From positions 6,634,001 to 6,698,000 of the forward strand of contig CATNEN010000007.1 of the NCBI GenBank assembly GCA_950097015.1: a stretch of DNA of 64,000 bases, given 5' to 3'. Under the pieces are notes generated by a model. That model searched no databases and had not been told where the DNA came from. It saw only the letters and a program-made list of their open reading frames with translations. This stretch comes from Macrostomum hystrix (lineage: Eukaryota > Animalia > Platyhelminthes). Shown here one piece after another: positions 1 through 11,347 of the stretch (position 1 is the first letter of the stretch; every line of letters begins with the position of its first letter). The position numbers and the translations under genes are program-made.

Positions 1-1136
1 TGGAGAGCGATTCTCTGAACCTGTTAGTTTTTGCTTACTCGCATTTTATGAGTGATATATAAATATGTCAAAACAGATAAACGAAATATTTCCTTTGCTA
101 TCATTTTGCCAGCAAAAAGTAAAAATTTGCACGAAGTGACTGGACTTTCTGTTTTAGGGCCGCGTCCCGAAGGGGGCCACCATAGATAGATTTTGCGCGA
201 CTATATTGGGCTTGGGTGCGCGTCAATGAATTGAATGATGACAATGACAATGAAGGGGCCGCGCCACCAATAATTTTAAGCTGGTTGGTTACAACTACTA
301 CCCAAACCAGGCCAAACACACGATTTTGATTCTTTTGACTATTCACTTGTCATTCAAATGTACTCTAAAAACGAGTCGTTGGATGGCAGTGAAAACGAGC
401 ATCGCAGCAGTGAAAAGGCGTTCGAGTGATTTTTTGAGCCCGCGTCAGTTTAGTTTAAATTAATTGTATTTTAAGCTCGAATGTAGGGTGCAGTAAAAAA
501 ATGTGTGTCTTTAAACCAGGGACAATTTTATTCCGTGCACATTTGCTTACTCAATTGTAAAATAAACTTTATTATTGCATTTGTGCAAAACAATTACAAT
601 GAAAAAATTTAGAGCTCCATCCTTTTCATTAGCGAAAAGTTATTTTGCTGCAGCAGATCGTACTGCAGTCTCTGAGCAGAGTGCGACTCACGAGATTACA
701 TGAACGAGCCACGAGCTTTAAGTAGTAGCAAGTAATGTTAAAATAACATTATATTCTTAACTTGAATTTTCGACTACTCGTTTCAAATCGAAAAAACAAG
801 TGAAGATAAAAACATTCAACAATTAAACTGCATAAAATTATAGCATTGCAACATTCTACTAATAACGCTCCGGATTGCATGTGCTTGGTGATGAGCTGGA
901 GTCGGTTAATGGTACGTTTGTAATTAGGTTGTGGCCATGATGAAATTCCTTAAGAATAACGGAGTTTTAGCTAGCATTCCACGGAATGGACAAAAACGTA
1001 AGGTGGTGCAAGTGGAGATAAAAACAAGATCTAAAAGCTGTAACAGCTTCACCCTCCTCGTTCAACCTGGTTCTCAAAGCCTGCATTCAATCATAATCAC
1101 TCAGCACAGTAACTTGATTAGATAGTACAATAGTAC

Positions 1137-3765
1137 TTAAAGCAGCCGGCCAAAGTCTCTGTGCACCCACAGCACATTTTCCGGCCATTTGTCTGTCCGG
1201 GACGAATCCAGCCGATGCTTGCCATCCACCTGGTGCGCCGAATAGCCGCGTGAGACGAAAAATTCCATAATGTCCTTGGCGTCGCTGCCCGTCAGGTGCC
1301 GGCCAAGCCACTCCATTTGGACTGCCGCCACCGTTCGCTCGCTGAATAGTCCATCTCCGCTGCGTAGGAAGTCGGCCTCGCCACCCTCGGCATCGAGTTT
1401 CACCAGCACTGTCTGGGTCGGTGCCAGAGAGCTGATCGCGTTGCCGCCCAGGGGCATCACCGACACAGGGTCGGGCACCGAGCGGGCGAACTTGGTAGCG
1501 CCGCCGATGTTGCAGTCGCCCGGATAGTTCAGCCTGGCCAGCCGGCTCGAGTCTGAGCTGATGAAGCCCCACAGGAGGCTGACGGAGCTGGGTCTCAGTT
1601 TGATGGCTGCGTTCGAGTCGACGGAGGGTGCCAGACTGCGAAGGGCCATGCCAATCCGAAGCAGGTTGCGCGCGTTGGCGTCAACGGCGATGACCTGGAA
1701 ATTTTATGGATAAGTTGAGGTATGCATTGCTGCATAAGTTGAGAAAGTATATTTTTGTTGAGTTGGAAATCCTACCGGAAAGCCGAGGGCCGCTGCCTGC
1801 ACTGTGTAGACCCCAATGTTGCACCCAATGTCAATCAGCGTGACGTTGCCAACCCCCAGTTGTAGAAGGCGTTTCAGCAGTGGCGCCACCAGCTGCTCCT
1901 CCCAGGTGTGGTCGCGCGCCACAGTCTCCGTGATCAAGTCTCCGCCAGTGTGGCCCCAGATCGGCACGCGGGGCGGCTCTGCGGCTCCAGCGGCTAGTCG
2001 AAGCCAGGTGCGAACGCTGCCTGCGCGGAGGCGCCTCGCCATCCAGGCGGGCGGGTCAGACAGCCGGCACAGCGGGTAGTCACCGGCTGGAAGGCGCTGG
2101 TAGAGGCGAACGCCACCGGTGCAGACTGCAGTATCATTGTCCTGCGAGAGTGGAGCAATTGCTCTGCTAAATGACTGCAAACAATTAGCTATTCAGCACT
2201 TTAGTGATTATTGTCTAAGTAACTATAGCCACTACCGCTCCTATTTGGAGTTTAAGTACCAATCAAGGCTTTTTCGTCGAATAATTTTCGCTGAAGCTGA
2301 ACAGAGAACCTTCTGAAACGAGAGCAATGTGGCCACCTCTCCAGAGCGTTGAGATAATAAACGATTCTGACAGAAAGGCAGCTTTTTTCTGAGAGCGCTC
2401 ATGCATTCAGTGCAGTACTCAGTGAATTCAGTACACCCATGCACGCCAATCAGCACTGCACTACCAAGCATTACCAAGCGCTCTAGTTTTACCAACCTTG
2501 TTGACCAGATGAGTCTGCATCATCTCAGCCTTGGCTCTGTTTAGGCGAAGCAAAAACTTTCTGGCTGGGTGGAATCAAGCTCCCCCTAGAGGCCCTAATA
2601 ATAATAATAATAATATTTGCAGGAGGGCTGTGGGCAATGGCACATCATTTGGTGACACTAGACCTGCAGCCAGCGAAGGCAATTCTGCCCATTTCGCTGA
2701 CTCCTGAGTACACACGCACACAGATACTTTACGCAGGCACACGCTCACACAGGTGTGTACATCTGCCCTGACTTTCTCATCGTCAGGCAGTGTACACTTC
2801 ACTGTGCCTTGGAGGTTGGCCCTCAAGGATGTAAATTGCACGACAAGCCTCCAAGCCTTCTCTCCGCGGCTGCGCCCCAAATAAATGTGGCCTCGCCGTG
2901 GCACCGAACTTAGGGACCTTGGTGTGAGAGGCAAACGCGTTAACCGCTCTGCCACCGACCCCCCCTCTAGAGGCACTACTTTACTTAGTTTAATTGTAAA
3001 GACAGAATACTAGGAAAAATGTTTGCAGATGACGGCAGAGCAGTTTTTAAAATGACACCAAATCAGGTCAATGCTACGTGAATTGCTATATATATAACCA
3101 TGGACAGACTTGAGACCAGAGACGATTGAGAGAATCATGAGAGCAGTGGAGTTGACAAAATTGAAGCAGAGATTCCGTAGAATTTACCATAGAGTGTCAC
3201 TTTCGAAGCGGCGAGTGTGAAATTTGAAAAGGATATTTAACATACGCAGACTTAAGCTTGTTGCATCGAACTAACAGAAAAGAAGAATCAGACTGGATAG
3301 GTGATTTTAAACTAAAGAAACATGTAAATAACTTTCTGATCTCTCACAAATGTCATAATACCTGGTCATTGCTCACGTGGCATGATTTTTTTCAAGATTT
3401 TGCACAGCAGGGGTTAAAAAACATATTTGTCAAAATTGAATGTGACTTGGTCAAAATTGAAGTTGACGCTGTCAAATTAGAATGTCGTTTTTTCAATTTA
3501 AAATTGATGTGGAGTTTGTTACTATAGAAGTTACTGTTGTTCAAAATTGAGGGTAAAATGGTGTACTCACGATGGCACCACTCACCTGCTCCACCCACAC
3601 GGCCATGTCACCGAGGCTCCATAGGCACTCGCAGCCGGCCTTTCTAATTTGGTTTCCTGAGCCGACGCCGGCGATAATCCGCGCCGTCATCCAGCGGATG
3701 AGTCCCACGGACAGCATGGCCGCGATAGCTACTAGTGCAAGCTTATTCCAGCGCATTATTTGCAT
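1137..3765 (-). CDS. FkbM-family (Methyltransf_21) SAM-dependent methyltransferase, type II membrane topology, 3 exons (3765-3586, 2141-1776, 1694-1137), ~367 aa
   Basis: Motif I LIDIGCNIGVYTVQAAALGFP joins VIAVDAN across an 81-nt GT-AG intron (1695-1775). C-terminal LVKLDAEGGE matches the FkbM motif KIDVEGxE. Exon 1 has a hydrophobic anchor (LALVAIAAMLSVGLI) and a CAG|GTGAGT donor. Both junctions are phase 0 and in frame. Confidence 0.85.
2598..2966 (-). mobile_element. tRNA-derived SINE in intron 1 of the methyltransferase gene
   Basis: The minus strand starts GGGGGGTCGGTGGCAGAGCGGTTAACGCG (A box), has a B-box-like AGTTCGGTGCC and ends in a (TTA)n tail. Flanking near-direct repeats are CTAGAGGCCCTA (2586-2597) and CTAGAGGCACTA (2967-2978). 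Confidence 0.75.
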
Positions 3766-4790
3766 TCCGAGCCTGACGCAGTATTTTTGACTCGTTTACT
3801 TGCCTTCGCTGTGTGGTGAAAAATCTGGACTTCGGTTCTTATAGGCTGGGCCCTCTATGCAAACACTATTACCAGTACTGTGTTTGTCCAAGCATCACGA
3901 ACGAGCTTGCAAAGTTGCAATTATGTTTAGAAGTCGCCACGATCATTCTTTTGGACCGACTCGTGTTTTCGCTGCGTTGTGCGGTCCTTGGGTTTAGTGT
4001 ACACTCATAAGTAAGGATTTGACCGACATTTGAATCGCAATCTGCAAGCGCCGAGCAGACCTCCCCTGCCCGATAGCCTGCGTACAGGAGCGGTGGGAGA
4101 GATTTAGACAGTCATCGATTTCACTTTCATTCCATACTCCTCCCCCCCCCAGGCCGGCGAACTAGGCGGGATTCATCGGGCGGCTCGGAGTGCCTTTCAC
4201 CCCAGGCCCTCACACGCACAGATCGCACGCAATTAGGCACAGAGCAGACCAAAACAGGGAAGGACTTAGATGCCTGAAGGGTAAGGGACGAGACCAAGCC
4301 ACGCGCGCAGACGGCTAGTGAAACCCGCCTCAGAGCATGAGGGGGGTTGGTGGCTAGTGTACACCCACCCCGGCCCCCAACCCCAACGCCCCACCCCCGG
4401 CCCAACGCGCATAACACAAACTCAGATAAGCACAGAAGGAACACAGGAAGGCAGGGGTAAGTGATTTAAATTAGCCTCCCCTCAGCGTCGGATCGAAAAT
4501 AGCTTATGAAAAAGCCCTCCTCGTCTTATAGCTCTCGTGTAGCAAAGTCGCTTTGATTGAAAGAAATTCAACCCGAAATCAATCTACAAAAAGATCTGAC
4601 TTTAAATCAAATTTAAGCAGTTAGAAAACTGATTTGTCCACTTGTCTGCTTTCATGTGTCGGCTTGTCTGTCGAAATGCTGTGCTCTGTGTACTGCTTTT
4701 CTTTCGCCTTGAATCAGTGTCATTAACTGACGACTAGAGATAATTGTAATCTTACATACATCAATTGCAAATTTCTAGGTAAAACACTGG

Positions 4791-4978
4791 GTGAACACTA
4801 GTATCTATGGGTAAACACTAGTAATCTATGGGTAAACACTAGTATCTATGGGTAAACACTAGTATCTACGGGTAAACAATAGTATCTATGAGTAAACACT
4901 AGTATCTATAGGTAAACACTAGTATCTATGGGTAAACAATAGTATCTATGGGTAAACACTAGTATCTATGGGTGAAAC
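4791..4978. repeat. 20-bp minisatellite (AAACACTAGTATCTATGGGT)n, ~9 copies
   Basis: Directly visible tandem units. Confidence 0.95.
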
Positions 4979-5367
4979 TAATTGGCTAGATAATGATCTA
5001 AATACGAGGGTTGTAAGAAACATTCTTGGCATTATCGAATGTTTAACCGTGAGGCAATACACTGCTTTCAATACGCTATGAAAAGTTAGACTAGCGTCCT
5101 TATAATATTCTCACTTACAAGATGCGCAACCTCAACCTTTAGGTATTTCCTCTACCGCCGCTTGAGCACTTAAATACCTGCTATCGTCCCATGTATTGCT
5201 TGCCATATATATTGCTCGCCGTATACTAAAACAATTAATACTGTAGCTGTCTCACTGACAGTATGGCCATCACTAAAACGCATTTTTATACATTAAAATC
5301 TGCGTTAACTATCTTCTTGACAAACTGAGTATTGCCTCCATCTACTTTTGTAGCCTAGCCCTTGCAT

Positions 5368-5556
5368 TGCAGCCTTACTGGAAGGAGTGATTTTTTAATC
5401 ATCACACCTTCCCCGATTGGGCCAGCTGTGCAGCCTTACTGGAAGGAGTAATTTTTAATCATCACACCTTCCCCGATTGGGCCAGCTGTGCAGCCTTACT
5501 GGAAGGAGTGATTTTTTAATCATCACACCTTCCCCGATTGGGCCAGCTGTGCAGCC
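5368..5556. repeat. 60-61-bp tandem repeat, 3 copies, each with an internal hairpin
   Basis: Unit TGCAGCCTTACTGGAAGGAGTGATTTTTTAATCATCACACCTTCCCCGATTGGGCCAGCTG starts at 5368, 5429 and 5489. Confidence 0.95.
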
Positions 5557-5691
5557 GAGAGCACAGCCGCAGCCGCGGCGCATCTGAAGGCTGAGTACGG
5601 CTGTTCAGTCCATGGACTGGTGGGACGCCTCACCCACCCTGACTTTTCACAGCTACCCATTTAACCTATTTTACCCATTTTTACCCATCTA

Positions 5692-5840
5692 ATGGTTAGT
5701 ACCCATTTAACAGCGAGATGAATCTAAACAATGCCTTGCAAACGTGTCTTGCAAAAGGACACAAATTGTTCCAATAGTGTCGGGAATCGAGCCCCTGACC
5801 TTTAAGTCGTGTGTCCGACGCTCCAATCACGAGGCTTAGC
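5692..5840 (-). mobile_element. tRNA-derived SINE with CORE-like central domain
   Basis: Minus strand reads ...GGAGCGTCGGACACACGACTTAAAGGTCAGGGGCTCGATTCCCG (B box)...TGTGTCCTTTTGCAAGACAC...CTGTTAAATGGGTAC. It is similar to the copy at 7388-7527. Confidence 0.65.
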
Positions 5841-6172
5841 TGCAGAGCGGTCCGAAGACTCAGCGGGGAGCCGAGAGTCGCCCATTGCGCTAAACCACTA
5901 GGCTGAAACTCATCCAGGAATTCAGAAAGAAGCCAGAGCAAGGACCGACCGAAATAAATATTTGCACGAGACAATAAACCCTGAGTTGAGCCATTTAGAT
6001 TAGAAAAACAAAAACCTGGCATGCGGGACAATGCGATCGAACCACAAGACCGAAAATTCATTGCTATACCTGAAATTTTTATCCGTAGTGGAAATCTAGG
6101 TCCATTATTTAAGTCTCACTGGAACGCATATAACCTGTATATCTAGGGGGTTGTAGCCTATAGTGGTCAGAG

Positions 6173-7387
6173 CAGGGGTCGGCAAACTCCAGCCAGCGGG
6201 CCAGATGCGGCCCTCGAAGCTACCAAATCCAGCCCGCTGCCCCTTTCAACAACTCTAGTTTCCTGGCTCATCTCTCTCTCATCTAGAGATGGGGAGTTTC
6301 ATCCTCTCCTCGGTCTCATCGTCTTGTCTCTCCCCTGTCTCATCCCTCCCTGTCTCATCTATCCCGTGTCTCATCTTTTCCCCTGCCTCATTCCTTCCGT
6401 GTCTCACCATCCCGTGTCTCATCTCTCCCCTTTCCCACCTCTCCCCTGTCTTATCTATCCTGTCTCATCTCTCCCCTGTCTTATCTATCCCGTGTCTCAT
6501 CTCTCCCCTGTCTTATCTATCCTGTCTCATCTCTCCCCTGTCTCATTCCTCCCTTTCTCATCCCTCCCTGTCTCGTCTATCCCGTGTCTGATCTCTCCCC
6601 TTTCCCATCTCTCCCCTGCCTTATCTCTCCCCTGTCTTATCTATCCTGTCTCATCTCTCCCCTGTCTTATCTATCTTGTCTCATCTCTCCTCTGTCTTAT
6701 CTATCCTGTGTCTTATCTCTCCCCTGTCTTATCTATCCTGTCTCATCTCTCCCCTGTCTTATCTATCCCGTGTCTCATCTCTCCCCTGTCTTATCTATCC
6801 CGTGTCTCATCTCTCCCCTGTCTTATCTAACTTGTCTCATCTCTCCCCTGTCTTATCTATCCCGTGTCTCATCTCTCCCCTGTCTTATCTATCCTGTCTC
6901 ATCTCTCCCCTGTCTCATTCCTCCCTTTCTCATCCCTCCCTGTCTCGTCTATCCCGTGTCTCATCTCTCCCCTTTCCCATCTCTCCCCTGCCTTATCTCT
7001 CCCCTGTCTTATCTATCCTGTCTCATCTCTCCCCTGTCTTATCTATCTTGTCTCATCTCTCCTCTGTCTTATCTATCCTGTGTCTTATCTCTCCCCTGTC
7101 TTATCTATCCTGTCTCATCTCTCCCCTGTCTCATTCCTCCCTTTCTCATCCCTCCCTGTCTCGTCTATCCCGTGTCTCATCTCTCCCCTTTCCCATCTCT
7201 CCCCTGCCTTATCTCTCCCCTGGGCCCTGTCTCATCTCTCCCCTGTCTCATCTATCCTGTGTCTCATTTCTCCCCCTGTCTTATCTCATCTCATCTCTCC
7301 TCTTTCTCATATTTCTACAGCTCATGCGGCCCGCTGTCGTCTTTGACCTTCTCTCCGTGGCCCGCATGCTAATAAGTTTGCCGACTG
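6173..7387. mobile_element. Non-autonomous hAT (Charlie/MER58-like termini) element inflated by a CT-rich minisatellite
   Basis: Left TIR CAGGGGTCGGCAAACT; right AGTTTGCCGAC-TG (CCC lost); subterminal GCGGCCC motifs; 8-bp TSD GGTCAGAG/GGTTAGAG. Confidence 0.85.
6320..7305. repeat. Pyrimidine-rich composite minisatellite (TGTCTCATCTCTCCCC / TGTCTTATCTATCC units)
   Basis: Tandem 14-16-bp subunits with longer higher-order blocks. The ORFs over it are low-complexity artefacts. Confidence 0.95.
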
Positions 7388-8399
7388 GGTTAGAGCGTCA
7401 GACTCACGATTGGAAGGTCGGGTGTTCGATTCCTGATTCCGCTGGAACAAGTTGTGTCCTTTAGACACTCAACTCTGCATTGCTCCAGTTCACCCAGCTG
7501 TTAAACGGGTACCAGCATCAGCCGGGGGTTATTGATGGTGGGTGAAAGCCTATATGCCAATTGTTTATGTCATTTAAATGCTTTACGCTAGAAGCAAGTA
7601 TAGCCGCTATATATAGATTTAGAGTTAATCTTGTATATAAATCACACACGCATCCTGCGAGAATCAAATTCATGAAAACAGAACATGTGAAATCTCTACA
7701 TATTCTTTACTGGAAAGCAGCTAGCCTAGAGCTATTTGGTAAGCTAAATCGATCGATTGAAGTGATGACAGTTAATAAGACTGCTTCATCGGAGCGTTGT
7801 GCTAGGGATGCACTGGCCTGCTCTCAAGTTCTACGAAACTTTATAGTAGAGTAAATAAAAGTGGAACAAAATAATTCCGCGGAAAGCTACTGTAAGTAGT
7901 GAAAATAGCGTACTAAAGCGAGTACATTTTCTTAACCCCAGTCATAGCTTAATTCAAGGATCTAAGCGGGAAATCGCCAATGCAAGCTATTTAATTCGAT
8001 GATCAAAAAATGACAGACGCATGCATGGTGCTGCACGCCCAGACGACAGCCCTCCGAACTTAATTATCATTATTATTAGTACACGCACACAATAACGTGC
8101 TGATCTTCTTACTCTTTTGTCTTCTAACTTCTGCACAATTAAAGAAATTGCGCAAAAACGATAGTATATATTCAATAGGTGGGTAACGATGAATAAGTAT
8201 ACTTAATATTTTTTGCAAAATAGCAAAATTGCAAAATTAATGACGTTTTCAATTACTATGGTTACAAAAAGAACGCATGTTGCTAAGGAAGCGAAAGTTG
8301 GCTAAACCGCAGCTGTTTCCCGAGCCTCTGTCATCTGTGCTATGTAAATTATCAGCATCTCTGTCAATTCTCCATCTTCTTGAACCATCTTGGACCATT

Positions 8400-8680
8400 T
8401 CAAATGCACTTAATAATTCAATGTTTTTACCTCTGCTGGAAATTTCAGCTGTACATATTTCTCGAATATTTTATTGTTTGTTCAACCTGTATTTAGGAAT
8501 AAAATGGATTTCCTTCTCTACCTCTGCCTGGCCCTTAAAGCAGATTCTGCGTTCACATTCTAATCTTGTTCTGTGTCTCGCAGCCCGGCTTGTGGTTAAG
8601 TCGAAGTGCAGCCAGTGCCTGTCTTTGCCGGCGGTTGTCCGCAGAATGTAAAGTTTTTTCAGAGTAAAGACTTATAGCTT
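8400..8680 (-). mobile_element. Possible degraded 3' fragment of a non-LTR retrotransposon ORF2
   Basis: Minus-strand translation ERRICFKGQAEVEKEIHFI resembles the C-terminal RxCxxC..VExExHF motif also seen in ORF 62523-63083. Confidence 0.35.
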
Positions 8681-9446
8681 GGATGATTATTCAATCCGCT
8701 TCAATTCAAGCTATAATAAATGAGTGAAGTTTGAATACCTTCTACCATATAGGCTTTGCTGATTTAATTTTTAATGACATAGTGAACGACATGTTTATAT
8801 ATTTGAGACAAAAACATAATGCCATCTCTCTGTACAGTATCGTAGGTTGAATTGTTAAAAGTGCTTAATCTCTCAGTCATTTTTCCACATGAACAAATGA
8901 AAGGACAACAAAAAAGTAACGACAGTGAAACACAGATGGGAGAGGGTTAACGCTGGGGAGACACAAAACAGGCGAATAAAATAACACTTCGAAATAAACG
9001 CTAATTTTTAAACACACTGAAAGGAGCACTGCAACACAATGAACAGGTCGGCTGCTTTTTATTAAATGAAAAAAGCCCACACAAATCACCCACACACAAC
9101 GGGGCTAAGGGCGAATTCCGGTGGTGCGAAGCTAGATAAGCGGATACAATTACGCAAGTCCATTGATAAAAAATAATTTATAGAGCAGGCCGACTAAGAC
9201 ATGACGGATGCAGACCCGGAATCCCGGAAACTATTAAACTGAACTCTAGTATGCAAGCATCTGACGCGTATACATGTGCATCGACATTCAACTGATTGCA
9301 AATAACCGTGGTGAAGCCGGGGCGAAGGTAAACTGACAGGTTCACAATGACATAAGCTATATTAGTAAACTCCTATAAATTCGAGGCGAATAAGCTATGA
9401 TTGGGAACAGCAAACTGGGGGAAATGGTAAACTAGACTTCAGCGCA

Positions 9447-11055
9447 TCAATTGCCTATGTCCAACAGTGCGCTGAGATCGTCAGAGTCTGGCGACGCCGC
9501 CGACGCAAGACCCGGCATCAGCGGAGTGTCCGAGAAGACGCCGGACTCGCTGGAGGGAGCGTCAGGACTGTCACAGAGAAGCAGCGCGTCTAGCTGGCTC
9601 AGCGTCGACTGGTCGAATAGCAGGTCACCGATGCCGGCTAGGAGGTCGCCGCCATCAGCACTGGAGGGCTCGGCAGCGACAGGAGGCCAGTCGACGACAA
9701 CATCGGCGTCTGGAAAGACTGCCGAGTCGGCGTTATTGTCGAGGGTGTCAACGACGGAGGCGGAGGCCAGCTGCCGGCCATCCAGGCCTGACACTTGCGC
9801 CGACTGGCCAGCGTCAACTGAAGACGGCGCCGGAGCCTGTCTGCCGCCGCGCAAGCCACCGATGAGCGGCAGGAGACGCCGCTGCTGTTGCTGGGGCTGG
9901 TGCTGATTGTGCCGCTGTGCGCAGCTGGGCGAGCCAACTGCAGCGCGAGCGCCAGCGTCATGAGCAGGCGCGCCAGACCCCGACCCTGCTGCTGAGGGTT
10001 CGCCACAGGCTCTGCTGTCCTGTCTGCCGGGGTCAAGCGCGCGCCGCCCAGAGCTGAAACGCCCTGGCCGCAGCCGCCCTCCAGCTGCACAAGCAGGTGA
10101 TTCAGCCTGCTGCCCAGCTTCTCAAGCTTCTCCTTAAGCTCAGAGTTTTCGCAGCGCAAGTAGCGATTCTCAACCTCGAGACGCTGCAGCGCCGACTCCA
10201 TCTTCTCCATTTTCTGTTTCTTCCGATCGCGCGCCTGCTGAGCCGCGATGCGATTCATCACTTTCCTGCAGAGGAATTTCAGTTTATGTTATAAATACGA
10301 CTGGCAGCTAATTTTCGCAACTGACTAGTAACAGTAAGCTACATACAATTTAATTATTAAAAAATTAAAGAAGTGTGATTGTAGAAAGAAACAATCTCTA
10401 AAATAAATATTCGGTTGGACAGAACCTACCGTCTAGTGAGCTTCTCGTCCGCTGTCAAGTGGTTGAGCCGAGCCCGCTTCCGGCCGTAGATAGACGAGCC
10501 TAGCAGATCGTCGTCATCATCAAATTCATCGAAGGACAACGCAGAATAAGTTGATGGATGATCCAGGGGGGCCTTCTGGAGTACCAGATTCTCCGAATCG
10601 GTGCGAATCTTTGAGTCAGTCCCGGCCATAATCGACGAAGCAGATGTCGACGTCGATAGAGTCGGCGATAAGGCTGTCGTAGCCGCCGACGAAGCAGTCG
10701 CCAGCGTCGGGCCGAGGACGATGCGTGCCGGCAGGGCGTCCTCCGTGTCGAGCAGACGCGGCTCTTGCATCATTTTGCGCTTGCGAAAATGCTGCTGGGA
10801 GCTGTCAGCCGGGCTAATGATCTTGGTGCCACCACCGACAAAGCAGGCAGACGGCGGAGGCGTTGCCGATTCGGAGATGTCGTCGAAATCCAGCGACACT
10901 CCGTTCCGCTTGTAGAGCGACTGCTGCTGCTGCTGCTGGGCCAAAGCAAGTTTGCCGCTGCCGCCGGGTACCTCAACCAGGCACACCTGTGAGCCAGTGA
11001 TGCCAGCCTTCTGCAGCAGTGCGTAAACCACTTTCGACGACGCGTTGATGGTCAT
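9447..11055 (-). CDS. xbp1: X-box binding protein 1 (bZIP). Exons 11055-10430 and 10265-9447. Unspliced form ends at 9638 (~417 aa); IRE1-spliced form ends at 9447 (~473 aa).
   Basis: The spliced bZIP RKRARLNHLTADEKLTRRKVMNRIAAQQARDRKK matches the XBP1 basic region. The GT-AG intron 10266-10429 is phase 2. A 23-nt non-canonical intron shifts the frame into the acidic C-terminal ORF. Confidence 0.95.
9992..10014 (-). other. IRE1-cleaved unconventional 23-nt intron of xbp1
   Basis: mRNA sense ACAGG-A-CAG^CAGA-G-CCTGT and ACCCT-CAG^CAGC-AGGGT form two stem-loops with CNG^CNG loops. The excised piece CAGAGCCTGTGGCGAACCCTCAG is 23 nt. Confidence 0.93.
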
Positions 11056-11283
11056 CTTAGTGCAGCTGTTACTAGTAGATGATCCTAACGGTAAGTTGAA
11101 ATTGTTTGATCAGCGATGTCAGCTTGATGATAAAATCACTAGGACACTGAGGTGGGGTAATTGTCTAACCCATTACAGAGCCATGCGGAAAAGATTTTAT
11201 AGGATGGCAAAAGCCCGGGGTATCGTCGAAAGTGTGCCTTACAGTGGTATCGAAAAACCTCAGGAAAACCCTAACAGAAACTT

Positions 11284-11347
11284 CCACGTCAGCAGTGAGC
11301 CAGTTATATAGGGCCGACTGCAAAGCGTCGTGGCGATTTCCTATTGG
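11284..11347 (-). promoter_or_regulatory. xbp1 core promoter: ERSE (11347-11329), TATA box (11310-11304), UPRE (11291-11284)
   Basis: Minus strand CCAAT-AGGAAATCG-CCACG is an exact CCAAT-N9-CCACG, followed by TATATAA and TGACGTGG. Confidence 0.85.

Larger units (their letters stand above)
6146..7527 (+). mobile_element. tRNA-derived CORE-like SINE split within its A box by a hAT MITE
   Basis: 5' part is GGGGGTTGTAGCCTATAGTGGTCAGAG (6146-6172). The 3' part resumes at 7388: GGTTAGAGCGTCAGACTCACGATTGGAAGGTCGGGTGTTCGATTCC (B box)...GTGTCCTT...CACCCAGCTGTTAAACGGGTACC. Confidence 0.8.

Noticed and set aside
1137-2180. Bacterial contamination or recent HGT of FkbM
   Set aside because: The gene has spliceosomal introns, an intronic SINE and exon composition like neighbouring host genes.
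7388-7445. tRNA gene (also 2900-2966 and 5780-5840)
   Set aside because: A/B boxes are present but the stems are imperfect, and each is followed by SINE body or tail sequence.
6289-7464. Overlapping 100-262-aa ORFs (also 12425-12943)
   Set aside because: They are translations of stop-poor minisatellites.
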